Origin: Candidatus Fraserbacteria bacterium
Lineage (GTDB): Bacteria > Bipolaricaulota > Bipolaricaulia > RBG-16-55-9 > DRXL01
DNA length: 64,000 bases
Reading direction: 5' to 3'
NCBI GenBank assembly: GCA_947085185.1
Contig: CAMTVK010000019.1
Coordinates: 13,892-77,891 of the forward strand
The position numbers and the translations under genes were made by a program. Positions 38,219 through 46,406 of this stretch are shown here, piece by piece. Every line of letters begins with the position of its first letter. The first letter of the stretch is position 1. Below the pieces are notes generated by a model. That model had not been told where the DNA came from, did no database searches, and saw only the letters and a list, made by a program, of their open reading frames with translations.

Positions 38219-38542
38219 ATGCAATTGACGATCTACTACACCAAGGATGATCTCTATCTTATCAAACAGGTTGAAGCGAAAGCCGAGCGAGAGCGGCGGA
38301 GCAAGAGCTCGGTCATCCTCTCTATCGTCGAAGAGTACTTCGCTCGCAAGAAGAAGCTGGGTGAGATCCTGTGCGATCTAGGAAAGCTCACCCCGGAGAA
38401 GCTCAATCAAGCCATCGAGATCCAGAAGAAAGAAGGGGGCACGCGGACGCTCGGCGAGATCTTGCTCTCCAAGAAGTGGATCACCGAGCACGATCTCATG
38501 CGAGCGCTGATGCTCCAGGGCAAAGCGAAAGATCTCGAATAA
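38219..38542 (+). CDS. ribbon-helix-helix (CopG/Arc) DNA-binding domain fused to a T2SSE_N/MshEN-like domain (putative c-di-GMP receptor)
   Basis: The N-terminus is MQLTIYYTKDDLYLIKQVEAKAE...SVILSIVEEYF (beta-alpha-alpha). It is followed by two tandem 24-residue motifs, KLGEILCDLGKLTPEKLNQAIEIQ and TLGEILLSKKWITEHDLMRALMLQ, separated by 7 aa. Both fit RLGxxLLxxGLLxxxxLxxxLxxQ. Confidence 0.65.
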   Translation: MQLTIYYTKDDLYLIKQVEAKAERERRSKSSVILSIVEEYFARKKKLGEILCDLGKLTPEKLNQAIEIQKKEGGTRTLGEILLSKKWITEHDLMRALMLQGKAKDLE

Positions 38543-38556
38543 TCGAATAACTCTCT

Positions 38557-39588
38557 ATGAAGATCATTCGACCTCTGGGCATAGCCGCCATCGGGATGGG
38601 GCTGGTCTGGCTCTCCGGCCAGGCTTTGCTCATCTCGAACATCGAGTTCGATCTTAGTCTGCCCCGGGGCGCTACGGATATATTGACATTCCAAGTGCTC
38701 AATAACGAAGCCGATCCCCTCGAGATTCAAATCAGCTTGGCTGACTGGGATCGAGACCTCAACGGCGAGAACCGGTTCTATCCGCCAGGGACGCTGCCGC
38801 GCTCGGCAGCAAGCTGGCTCTCTGTCACCCCGTTGCGATTCGATCTTGCGCCAAACGAACAGAAAGAGATTCGCTTCTCCATCAAAGTCCCTTCGGATAT
38901 CGTGGGGACGTACTGGGCGGCGATCATGGTCGAGGCCGCTCCTAAACGGGCTCAGCCCCAACCCCCAGGCACGACTGTGATCGTGCGGCGGCGCTTCGCT
39001 GTCAAAGTCTTAGAGACCCCACCGGGCACAGGCACCAAGGACGGGCGCATCACCTTGATAGACGTGCGCGGGCTCAATCCCCCAAATTACTTTCTAGAGT
39101 TTGAGAACCGGGGGACGATCCATACCCCGCAAGTCAAAGGGCGCATCGAGCTGCGCGACGAGAAGGGAGCACTTATAGAAAAGCTCGAGATCGAGAGCTT
39201 TCCCACCCTGCCCTTCTCCAAACGCTTGCTCAAAGTCACCAGCGCTCGCAAGAGAGGGGATCTCTTGCCCCCGGGGAAGTATCTTGTCTTAGCTATTCTC
39301 GATTATGGGGGAGAGACCCTCGCAGGCGGGCAATTTATTCTCCGGATCAAGCCCTTACAGCTCGTCCCCATCGGCGACGCCAAGGCCCCTCCCAAAGACT
39401 TAGACAAAGACGGCCTCTACGAAGATGTCAACGGGGACGGCACGCTCTCCCTCGAAGACGCTGCGCTCTTGGGGTTGAATATTGATAAACCCGCGGTGCA
39501 AGAGAACGCCAGAGCGTTCGACTTCGATAACGACGGCGACGCCGACTTCGACGATGTCGTCACCCTCAAAAAGATAGCTGGGGGATAA
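38557..39588 (+). CDS. secreted two-domain beta-sandwich protein (PapD-like N-terminal fold) with C-terminal type I dockerin
   Basis: Signal peptide. The N-terminal ILTFQVLNNEADPLEIQISLADW resembles the chaperone L.V.NN...P.L.Q.W strand. The C-terminal DVNGDGTLSLEDAALL and DFDNDGDADFDDVVTLKK form a duplicated Ca-binding dockerin. Confidence 0.6.
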   Translation: MKIIRPLGIAAIGMGLVWLSGQALLISNIEFDLSLPRGATDILTFQVLNNEADPLEIQISLADWDRDLNGENRFYPPGTLPRSAASWLSVTPLRFDLAPNEQKEIRFSIKVPSDIVGTYWAAIMVEAAPKRAQPQPPGTTVIVRRRFAVKVLETPPGTGTKDGRITLIDVRGLNPPNYFLEFENRGTIHTPQVKGRIELRDEKGALIEKLEIESFPTLPFSKRLLKVTSARKRGDLLPPGKYLVLAILDYGGETLAGGQFILRIKPLQLVPIGDAKAPPKDLDKDGLYEDVNGDGTLSLEDAALLGLNIDKPAVQENARAFDFDNDGDADFDDVVTLKKIAGG

Positions 39589-39693
39589 AGACAGTTCAGA
39601 GTTCCCAGTCTGACAGTTCTAAGTTCAGCGGCTCGGCGAACTCAGACCTATGAAACCCTGAACTGTCCCGCGCCCCCGCGATCCTTCGTCAAT

Positions 39694-40017
39694 TTAGCCG
39701 CGCTTGACGGAGAGTTTTCCGCCAGCTTCCACGACTTTGAGCCTCTTGCGGACCATCTCTTTGAGCTCGCGACCAGCCCGGAACCCCGGCACGGCCTTGC
39801 TCGCGACCATGATGCGCTGGCCCGTCTGCGGGTTGACACGCATAGAACTCTTGCGCGGGCGCGCCTCAAATGTGCCAAACCCCGTGATCCGCACCGGCTC
39901 GCCATCGCACATCGTCTTGCTAATCGTTTCAAACATCGCGTCCACGGCCTCTTTGGCCGCCTTCTTGCTCAGACCCGTCTGCTTGGCTACCATCTCTGCC
40001 AACTCGGCCTTGTTCAT
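39694..40017 (-). CDS. HU-family nucleoid protein with Lys-rich C-terminal extension
   Basis: MNKAELAEMVAKQTGLSKKAAKEAVDAMFETI...GFGTFEARPRKSSMRVNPQTGQ. Confidence 0.85.
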   Translation of the reverse strand: MNKAELAEMVAKQTGLSKKAAKEAVDAMFETISKTMCDGEPVRITGFGTFEARPRKSSMRVNPQTGQRIMVASKAVPGFRAGRELKEMVRKRLKVVEAGGKLSVKRG

Positions 40018-40226
40018 TGGCACAAACCCCCCTTGTGGTCTATGATGAACCCAACGGACAGCCCTCGTGCCGGCGGAGGAGAGCTGCCCATCCGGTTCTC
40101 AAGTGCCCATATTCTAGAGACTCACCCCCCTAGAAGGCAAATTTTCACCTCCAGGGACAGAGATACCCTGGGAGAGAGCTTGCCGTCCTTGGTCCCCCAT
40201 CGCCAAAGATCTTAAAATTTCCTACA

Positions 40227-43200
40227 ATGCACAAGAGGGCCATAAATATTATCGGGCTGATCACGGTGGGATGGAGCTGGCTGGGCACCGGCCAGGTGAT
40301 GATCACCCCTCCTGCGGCTCCGCCGATCGCCGGCCCCGGCGATGCCCTCACCCTGCCGTTTCACGTGAAAAATACCGGCCCAGAAAGAGATATGTTCGAG
40401 TTCTCTCTCGAAATGTCTGCGGGGCTTGAGCCGCTGGGGACGCCCGAGCCAGTTGAGCTTGACCCCAATGCCGCAGAGACTGTTTTCGTCAGCGTCTTCG
40501 TCAGCACGAAAGCCCGCGCGGGAGAGGGAAGCGTCACCCTGAAAGCCCGGTCACGAAAGAACCCATCCCTGACAGGTCAAGCTACGGTGATAGTGACCGT
40601 CAGAGCATCTCCTGGGCTGGCCCTGAGCGCTCCCCCGGCCAAGACGGTCGAGCCAGGCCGCGCTGACTCCCTCGTCTTCATCGTGCGCAACACGGGCAAT
40701 GTGCCGGATCGTGTGGCGTTCTCCACACAAACTACGGGTGCTCTGAAAGCGCAAGCACCCACGGACGAGATCCCGCTTGACGTCGGCGAGCGCCGTGAGG
40801 TACGAGTCGAAATCTCCGTGCCTAAGGGCGCTCCGCCGGTGCGCCAGCGCGTCACGCTCACAGCCCTCTCCAAAAAATTTCCAAACGTCTCCGCTGAAGC
40901 TACGGCGGTGCTGGAGATCTTGCCGCCCTTGCCCCAAGAGGTGGGCGGCTCGCTCTTTTTGACGATCCCCTCCGAAGTACAGTTTCAATTCGACGGCCAG
41001 ACAGGAGCGACGTTAGGAGCTTTTATCACGATTACTGAGCGAGGCGGCGTGCTGGTCCCTGAGCCGCCGGCAGTGCGCCTCGACGTCGGAGGAACCTTGA
41101 CTGTGAATAATACGAGCCCCGTGGCGATCACGGTGACCGTGTCCGATGGGCGACCCCCCGTGAGCATCCCGTCGGGGGGAAGCAGCTCTTTCGCTTTCCC
41201 AGTCTCCGGAATCTTTACTGTGACTTTCAGCAACGGGGCTCTCATCTCTTCTGTGGGCTTCGTGACCGTGCACGATATAATCTTCCGACAGAGGCTCAGG
41301 GGGGGCGGTGGCACGAGCCCTCTCAGCACCCAGCAGAACGTCCTCACGCGCGACGCTCGCTATGCTTGGCCAAGGCGCGAGCCCTCTGAACGTTTTCAAG
41401 AGATCTCTTATCTGCTCGATATTCAGAATCTCTTCGAGCTCAATGCGCTCTTCTTTGCCCTCGATGGGAGCCCCCTAGGAGTGACCTTGGGCGATCTCTA
41501 TCTCCCGGTGGGTGTGCTGGCGACCCTGGCCGGGCGCGGCGGCCAGCTCATTGTGCACCCAGGGATTTTCAGCACAAGACTCTCGCTCTCGGCTACGGCC
41601 GGCCGACGTGCCCTCCCCGAACTCGCATTTTTGATCACCGATGACCCAGCCGAGCTGCCCTCTGCAGGAGTCGTCAGCCTGAATCAGCCCGTTCGGTTTC
41701 GCAACGTCGGGCTTCTCCCCCATACAGTCACGATTGCCGGCTCCGGGACGATAACGCTTGCGCCAGGGCAGTCGTTCGTCTATCTCTTCAGCACCATCGG
41801 ACAGATCACTGTTACGATAGATACAACGCCTGTGGTCTTTCTCGTGATTGCCGAAGCGTTCTGCAGTGCATCGTTTCTCTTCTGTCTTGGCGCTGAAGGG
41901 CAAGGCTCGCCCATCCCCGGCGTGACGGTAGGCCAGACCGCGCTCTTTGGGTATACTCCCAGTCCGAGCCTGACGACGACGCTCATCAACCGGGTGCGCT
42001 GGCAGATCCCCGGCGGCAGCGCCACGACCGTCGAGGGTGGGCTCACTTGGCAAAACGGGACTCTCTTAGATTCTGCCCTGCGCGCCAGCTCGGAGCTGCG
42101 CTTTGGCGACTTTTTCGTGGTCGCAGAATTTCTCCGGGCCGGCCGGGATTTCGTGGGTGACCGCCGCGATGAACAGAGTATTCAGATCTTTCAAGCGTTC
42201 TCGAGCACAAACTTTTCCGTGGGTCTCAGCTTTGGGCGCTCGCACAACAACGTCAATGCCGATCCCCTGCAGCAGACGCTGACCCGCCAGGATGCCCGCG
42301 CCGCGCTTCGTCTCAAGATCTCCGAAGTGCTGCCTACGATCAAGCTCGCCACAGCCTATAGCACGTTGGTGGGAACAGGCCCCTTGCCCCCTACAGATAT
42401 CGCACGGTTCTCCATCACGGCACAAGCGACCCAGCCCATTGGCCAGCTTGGGGATATCTCCGTCTTTACCGAGCAAGCCCGAATCATCAACGCTGTCGCA
42501 GGCACCGATATCGGCTTTGGCACGGTGGGCAGCGATTTCTCTCTCAGACTGACGGAGCTGCGCGCCTCGCTGCGCTTCGAGCACCGCTCCGAGGTCGATC
42601 TCCTCTCGAGCGCTCTGCTGAGCCGGACGCTTATAGCTTCAGCGGGGATGGAGCTGGTGCGCCGCCCGTTCGGCGTGCGCCTAGGGATCACGCGGTTTGC
42701 TCAACGCACGGATCTGAGCGTGGGCCTCCAAGCCCAGCTGGGGATCGCTGAGCTCTTCTTCTCTAGCTTGATAGGGCTGCTCGATCTGGGCGGGGCAGAC
42801 TTCAGCTTTGCGCTCGCCTTCTTGGTGCGCTTTGATGCCCCGATCCCGTTCCTCGTCGTCAAGGGGCAAGTTGAGGGCTTCGTCTTCATAGATACAAATA
42901 AGAACACTCAGCGCGACCCCAACGAGACTGGGCCAAAAGATCTCATCCTCACGTTGGGCAATGAAAAAGCTCGCACCGACGCGCGCGGGTTCTTCAGATT
43001 CCCCCCGATGCCCACAGGAACATACGAGCTCAAGATCGAAAAGCTTCCCCTAGGGATCATCGTCAAGACAGAACTCCCTAAGAAAATCCAGATTGTCGCG
43101 GGGCAGACTCTGAAGATCGAGGTCCCCCTGGCCCAAGTCGCAGTGATCGAAGGGCTGGTCTTCCACGACGAGAACCGCAACGGTCAAGTAGATTCTTCAG

Positions 43201-43718
43201 AGCAAGGGCTCAGCTCTGTACGGATCTTCTTGACGGATGCGACGGGCAAGACTCGCGAGCAACGTACGGATCTTGATGGGCGCTTCGCGTTCAGCGAGCT
43301 GCTTTCGGGAAGGTACACGGTCGCTCTCGACGTGCGCAGTCTTCCGGAGAATTTTGTGCCGACGACCCCGGCAGAAGTCGTGGTGGAGCTGCGCCCCCAG
43401 GAGCAGATCACTGTGAACTTTGGGGCAGCTGAGCGCGAGAAGATCGTGAAATTCCCGCCGGTGGCAGAGTTCACGTTCTCCCCGCCACGCCCCACTGTGG
43501 GCCAGACCGTGACTTTTGACGCTTCAGAATCGTTCGATCCTGATGGACAGATCGTCAAGTATGAATGGGACTTTGAGAGCGACGGGACGATAGACGCTCA
43601 AGGGGTTGTAGTCGAGCACGTCTTCACCCAAGCGGGGACATTCACGGTGACGCTGAGTGTGACAGATAACGATGGCCAGACAAGCACGGCACGAAAGACC
43701 ATCACGGTGAGGCCGTGA
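40227..43718 (+). CDS. giant surface adhesin-like protein (CARDB-like repeats, central beta-rich region, SdrD-B/CnaB-like repeats, C-terminal PKD)
   Basis: Signal peptide. N-terminal HVKNTGPERD and IVRNTGNVPD are CARDB-like. GLVFHDENRNGQVDSSEQGLSSVRIFLTDATGKTREQRTDLDGRFAFSEL is CnaB/SdrD-B. The C-terminal VTFDASESFDPDGQIVKYEWDF...TFTVTLSVTDNDGQTS is PKD. Confidence 0.7.
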   Translation: MHKRAINIIGLITVGWSWLGTGQVMITPPAAPPIAGPGDALTLPFHVKNTGPERDMFEFSLEMSAGLEPLGTPEPVELDPNAAETVFVSVFVSTKARAGEGSVTLKARSRKNPSLTGQATVIVTVRASPGLALSAPPAKTVEPGRADSLVFIVRNTGNVPDRVAFSTQTTGALKAQAPTDEIPLDVGERREVRVEISVPKGAPPVRQRVTLTALSKKFPNVSAEATAVLEILPPLPQEVGGSLFLTIPSEVQFQFDGQTGATLGAFITITERGGVLVPEPPAVRLDVGGTLTVNNTSPVAITVTVSDGRPPVSIPSGGSSSFAFPVSGIFTVTFSNGALISSVGFVTVHDIIFRQRLRGGGGTSPLSTQQNVLTRDARYAWPRREPSERFQEISYLLDIQNLFELNALFFALDGSPLGVTLGDLYLPVGVLATLAGRGGQLIVHPGIFSTRLSLSATAGRRALPELAFLITDDPAELPSAGVVSLNQPVRFRNVGLLPHTVTIAGSGTITLAPGQSFVYLFSTIGQITVTIDTTPVVFLVIAEAFCSASFLFCLGAEGQGSPIPGVTVGQTALFGYTPSPSLTTTLINRVRWQIPGGSATTVEGGLTWQNGTLLDSALRASSELRFGDFFVVAEFLRAGRDFVGDRRDEQSIQIFQAFSSTNFSVGLSFGRSHNNVNADPLQQTLTRQDARAALRLKISEVLPTIKLATAYSTLVGTGPLPPTDIARFSITAQATQPIGQLGDISVFTEQARIINAVAGTDIGFGTVGSDFSLRLTELRASLRFEHRSEVDLLSSALLSRTLIASAGMELVRRPFGVRLGITRFAQRTDLSVGLQAQLGIAELFFSSLIGLLDLGGADFSFALAFLVRFDAPIPFLVVKGQVEGFVFIDTNKNTQRDPNETGPKDLILTLGNEKARTDARGFFRFPPMPTGTYELKIEKLPLGIIVKTELPKKIQIVAGQTLKIEVPLAQVAVIEGLVFHDENRNGQVDSSEQGLSSVRIFLTDATGKTREQRTDLDGRFAFSELLSGRYTVALDVRSLPENFVPTTPAEVVVELRPQEQITVNFGAAEREKIVKFPPVAEFTFSPPRPTVGQTVTFDASESFDPDGQIVKYEWDFESDGTIDAQGVVVEHVFTQAGTFTVTLSVTDNDGQTSTARKTITVRP

Positions 43719-44258
43719 TCACGAGATCTGCCGCAACAGCTTCCGTACCCGATAGAAATACTCAGCCCCGGAGATCACCGTCACGGCCACGACGATAGGA
43801 ACGAGAATATCTTTTATGCCCGCGACGTCCCAACGGAACGCCCCTTGGCCAAGTAACACCAAGACCAGCCCAATCTGCGAGATCGTCTTGAGCTTGCCCC
43901 AGATACTTGCCCCAAGCACCATCCCTTGAGTGCTGATCACCGTGCGCAACCCCGTCACTAAAAACTCTCGCGCAATAATAATAATCACGGGAATCGCGGA
44001 GATCTGCTGCAACTGCACATACGCTAAAAGCACCGAGATAATCAAGAGCTTATCCGCGATAGGATCGGCAAATTTCCCCAAGTTTGTCTCGTCAGAGCGG
44101 CGACGCGCCAGATAGCCGTCGAGCGCATCGGTCATCGCAGCAAAACCAAAGAGCGCCAGCGCGATCAGCGCGTTCTGCGCCCCGGGAACGAGCACAAAAT
44201 AGAGAATCGCCGGAATCAGCGCGATGCGCAGCAGCGTGATCCCATTGGGCCAGTTCAT
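43719..44258 (-). CDS. pgsA: CDP-diacylglycerol--glycerol-3-phosphate 3-phosphatidyltransferase
   Basis: MNWPNGITLLRIALIP...DALDGYLARR...GKFADPIADK. Confidence 0.8.
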   Translation of the reverse strand: MNWPNGITLLRIALIPAILYFVLVPGAQNALIALALFGFAAMTDALDGYLARRRSDETNLGKFADPIADKLLIISVLLAYVQLQQISAIPVIIIIAREFLVTGLRTVISTQGMVLGASIWGKLKTISQIGLVLVLLGQGAFRWDVAGIKDILVPIVVAVTVISGAEYFYRVRKLLRQIS

Positions 44259-44284
44259 AGGGCTATTGTAAAGTGACGGCGCAG

Positions 44285-45043
44285 CTAGAGCAACCGCCCA
44301 CAAAACTCTCTCAGAGCTTCTGTGACCGCCTGGGGCTGCTCCACCATCACCATGTGTCCGGCACGTTCTATGATTTCTAAGTGGGCATTGGGGATATGAT
44401 GCTGAAGATACTCAGAATACTTGACTGGGGTGAGCTTGTCCTCCCGCCCGCAGAGTATGAGTGTGGGCACGGCGATCTCCGAGAGTCGCGCCATGACGTC
44501 GAATGCGTTACAGCTTGAGAAATCACGAAAGAGCGTGGCCGCCCCGTTGCGATGCATCTGGTGGCGGGCTCGCTCGTGAAGCTCTGTGGGGCTCTGCTCC
44601 GCGAAGGCCCATCGAATGACGAGCTCGATCGCGTGCTCAAAGTCCGTCTGGCAGAGCTCGAGAATCTGTGGGTGGACTGTAAGCTTCGCTCCAGTGCCGA
44701 CAAGCCCTAAGCCCGCAAGATTCTGAGGGCGCTCGAGCCCAACTGTAAGGGCGATCGCCCCGCCCATTGAGTGTCCGACGACGACCGTGGGCAGAGCCAG
44801 AGCTTTGAGCACCGCGAGCACATCTTCGACATAAGTATGCAGCCCGTCACCCTGGCGGGCAGGGCTGCGCCCGTGGCCGTTGAGATCCACAGCTGCGACC
44901 GAAAAATCTTGGGCAAGCTCGCGCAACTGCTCCCCCCAGATGGTGTGATCCCCACCGGCACCATGCACAAAGAGCAGCGCGGGCTGGCCCTGCCCCGCCT
45001 GTGCATAATAGAGCTCTTGGTGAAAGACTGTGATCGTGGGCAC
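44285..45043 (-). CDS. alpha/beta-fold hydrolase
   Basis: HGAGG, GHSMGG nucleophile elbow, C-terminal His. Confidence 0.7.
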   Translation of the reverse strand: MPTITVFHQELYYAQAGQGQPALLFVHGAGGDHTIWGEQLRELAQDFSVAAVDLNGHGRSPARQGDGLHTYVEDVLAVLKALALPTVVVGHSMGGAIALTVGLERPQNLAGLGLVGTGAKLTVHPQILELCQTDFEHAIELVIRWAFAEQSPTELHERARHQMHRNGAATLFRDFSSCNAFDVMARLSEIAVPTLILCGREDKLTPVKYSEYLQHHIPNAHLEIIERAGHMVMVEQPQAVTEALREFCGRLL

Positions 45044-45393
45044 TACAGATGCGCCTTGGCCGTCTCGACCAACGTGTCGAACGCCTTGGGGTCGTGAATA
45101 GCAATCTCAGCGAGCATCTTCCGATTGAGCTGGATGCCCGCTTTTGCGAGCCCATTCATGAACCGAGAGTACGGCAGCCCACGAGCCCGCGCTGCGGCGT
45201 TGATGCGAATGTTCCAAAGTCTGCGAAAATCGCGCTTGCGCAGCTTGCGACTGATATACGCATTGCGCAGCGCGTGCATCACGCGCTCTTTCGCAATGCG
45301 AAAGCACGTGCGGCGCTTGCCCTTAAACCCCTTGGCGAGCTCTAAGATCCTCTTGCGCCGTTCTAGTCGCTTGTTTCCGCCTTTCACACGCAT
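45043..45393 (-). CDS. rplT: 50S ribosomal protein L20
   Basis: [23 protein letters not shown]... Confidence 0.95.
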   Translation of the reverse strand: MRVKGGNKRLERRKRILELAKGFKGKRRTCFRIAKERVMHALRNAYISRKLRKRDFRRLWNIRINAAARARGLPYSRFMNGLAKAGIQLNRKMLAEIAIHDPKAFDTLVETAKAHL

Positions 45394-45413
45394 GGAGATT
45401 CTCCTCTGTGTCG

Positions 45414-45608
45414 CTAGCTTGAGAGCAAGTCTTGAAAGGTCTTAGCCAAAGTTGAGGGCACTTGAAAGCCTCGGCGGGCTTGGCGCTTGCGATTGGGACT
45501 GCGCTTCACCAGCTTATGGTGATACCCCGCCGTCGCGCCAAGCACCTTCTTGTTACGCGTGACTTTAAAGCGCTTGGCGATCCCCTTGTGCGTCTTCTTC
45601 TTGGGCAT
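45414..45608 (-). CDS. rpmI: 50S ribosomal protein L35
   Basis: [23 protein letters not shown] ribosome-binding site. Confidence 0.9.
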   Translation of the reverse strand: MPKKKTHKGIAKRFKVTRNKKVLGATAGYHHKLVKRSPNRKRQARRGFQVPSTLAKTFQDLLSS

Positions 45609-46188
45609 CCTTAGGACCTCCTGTGTCGTAGTCTAGAGATCGTTCTGGGGCAGACTTCGCTCCCTTCCCCGGTACCAGGAGCATCTGCAAAGACCGACCG
45701 CGTTCTTTGGGATATTGTTCGACGCGACCGATGTCCGCCGTCTCTCGAGCGATGCGCTCCAAGAGCTCGCGCCCGCGGTTGATGTGGACGATCTCGCGCC
45801 CGCGGAAGATCACCGTCACTCGGACCTTGTTCTCCGACTTCAAAAACTCGCGAATGTGCCGGAGCTTCGTCTCGAAGTCGTGCTTTTCGATCTGGGTCGT
45901 CATACGGATCTCTTTGAGCTTGCCGCCTTTAGGGCGCTTCTTCTCGCGCTTCTCTTGACGATAACGATACTTCCCGAAATTAACAAACTTACAGACGACT
46001 GGGGTCGCCTGCGGAGCCACCTCGACCAGATCGAGATTTCGGCTGCGCGCTTGCTTGATCGCTTCGGCGAGCGGCATGATGCCTAACTGCTCGCCGTTCT
46101 CGTCAATGACTCGAACTTCCTGGGCACGAATCTCTTCGTTCTTGCGAATCCGACTATAAGGTCCGGCGATAGACGACCTCCTCCTCAA
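45565..46188 (-). CDS. infC: translation initiation factor IF-3 (C-terminal about 30 codons overlap rpmI)
   Basis: NEEIRAQEVRVIDENGEQLGIMPLAEAI...VRVTVIFRGREI. The first in-frame stop lies inside rpmI. Confidence 0.8.
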   Translation of the reverse strand: MRRRSSIAGPYSRIRKNEEIRAQEVRVIDENGEQLGIMPLAEAIKQARSRNLDLVEVAPQATPVVCKFVNFGKYRYRQEKREKKRPKGGKLKEIRMTTQIEKHDFETKLRHIREFLKSENKVRVTVIFRGREIVHINRGRELLERIARETADIGRVEQYPKERGRSLQMLLVPGKGAKSAPERSLDYDTGGPKDAQEEDAQGDRQAL

Positions 46189-46241
46189 AAAGACAGTTTA
46201 AAGCGAAACGTGACAAGTTGCAAGTTGCCACGGCCATCTAG

Positions 46242-46314
46242 CGCTCCCAAGGGGATTCGAACCCCTGTTTCCGGCTTGAGAGACCAGCGTCCTGGGCCGC
46301 TAGACGATGGGAGC
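46242..46314 (-). tRNA. tRNA-Glu (anticodon CUC)
   Basis: Manual cloverleaf: acceptor GCTCCCA/TGGGAGC, D-arm GTCT..GGAC, anticodon arm CTGGT-CTCTCAA-GCCGG, T-arm AGGGG-TTCGAAT-CCCCT, discriminator G. CCA is not encoded. Confidence 0.7.
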
Positions 46315-46406
46315 GAAAGCGCCTTGAGTGTAACAAATCTTGGAGAAATCGTCAAGCAGTCCTTATTGCCTTGGCCGCGGTATTGCTCTACAATAAGCCG
46401 AAGTTT

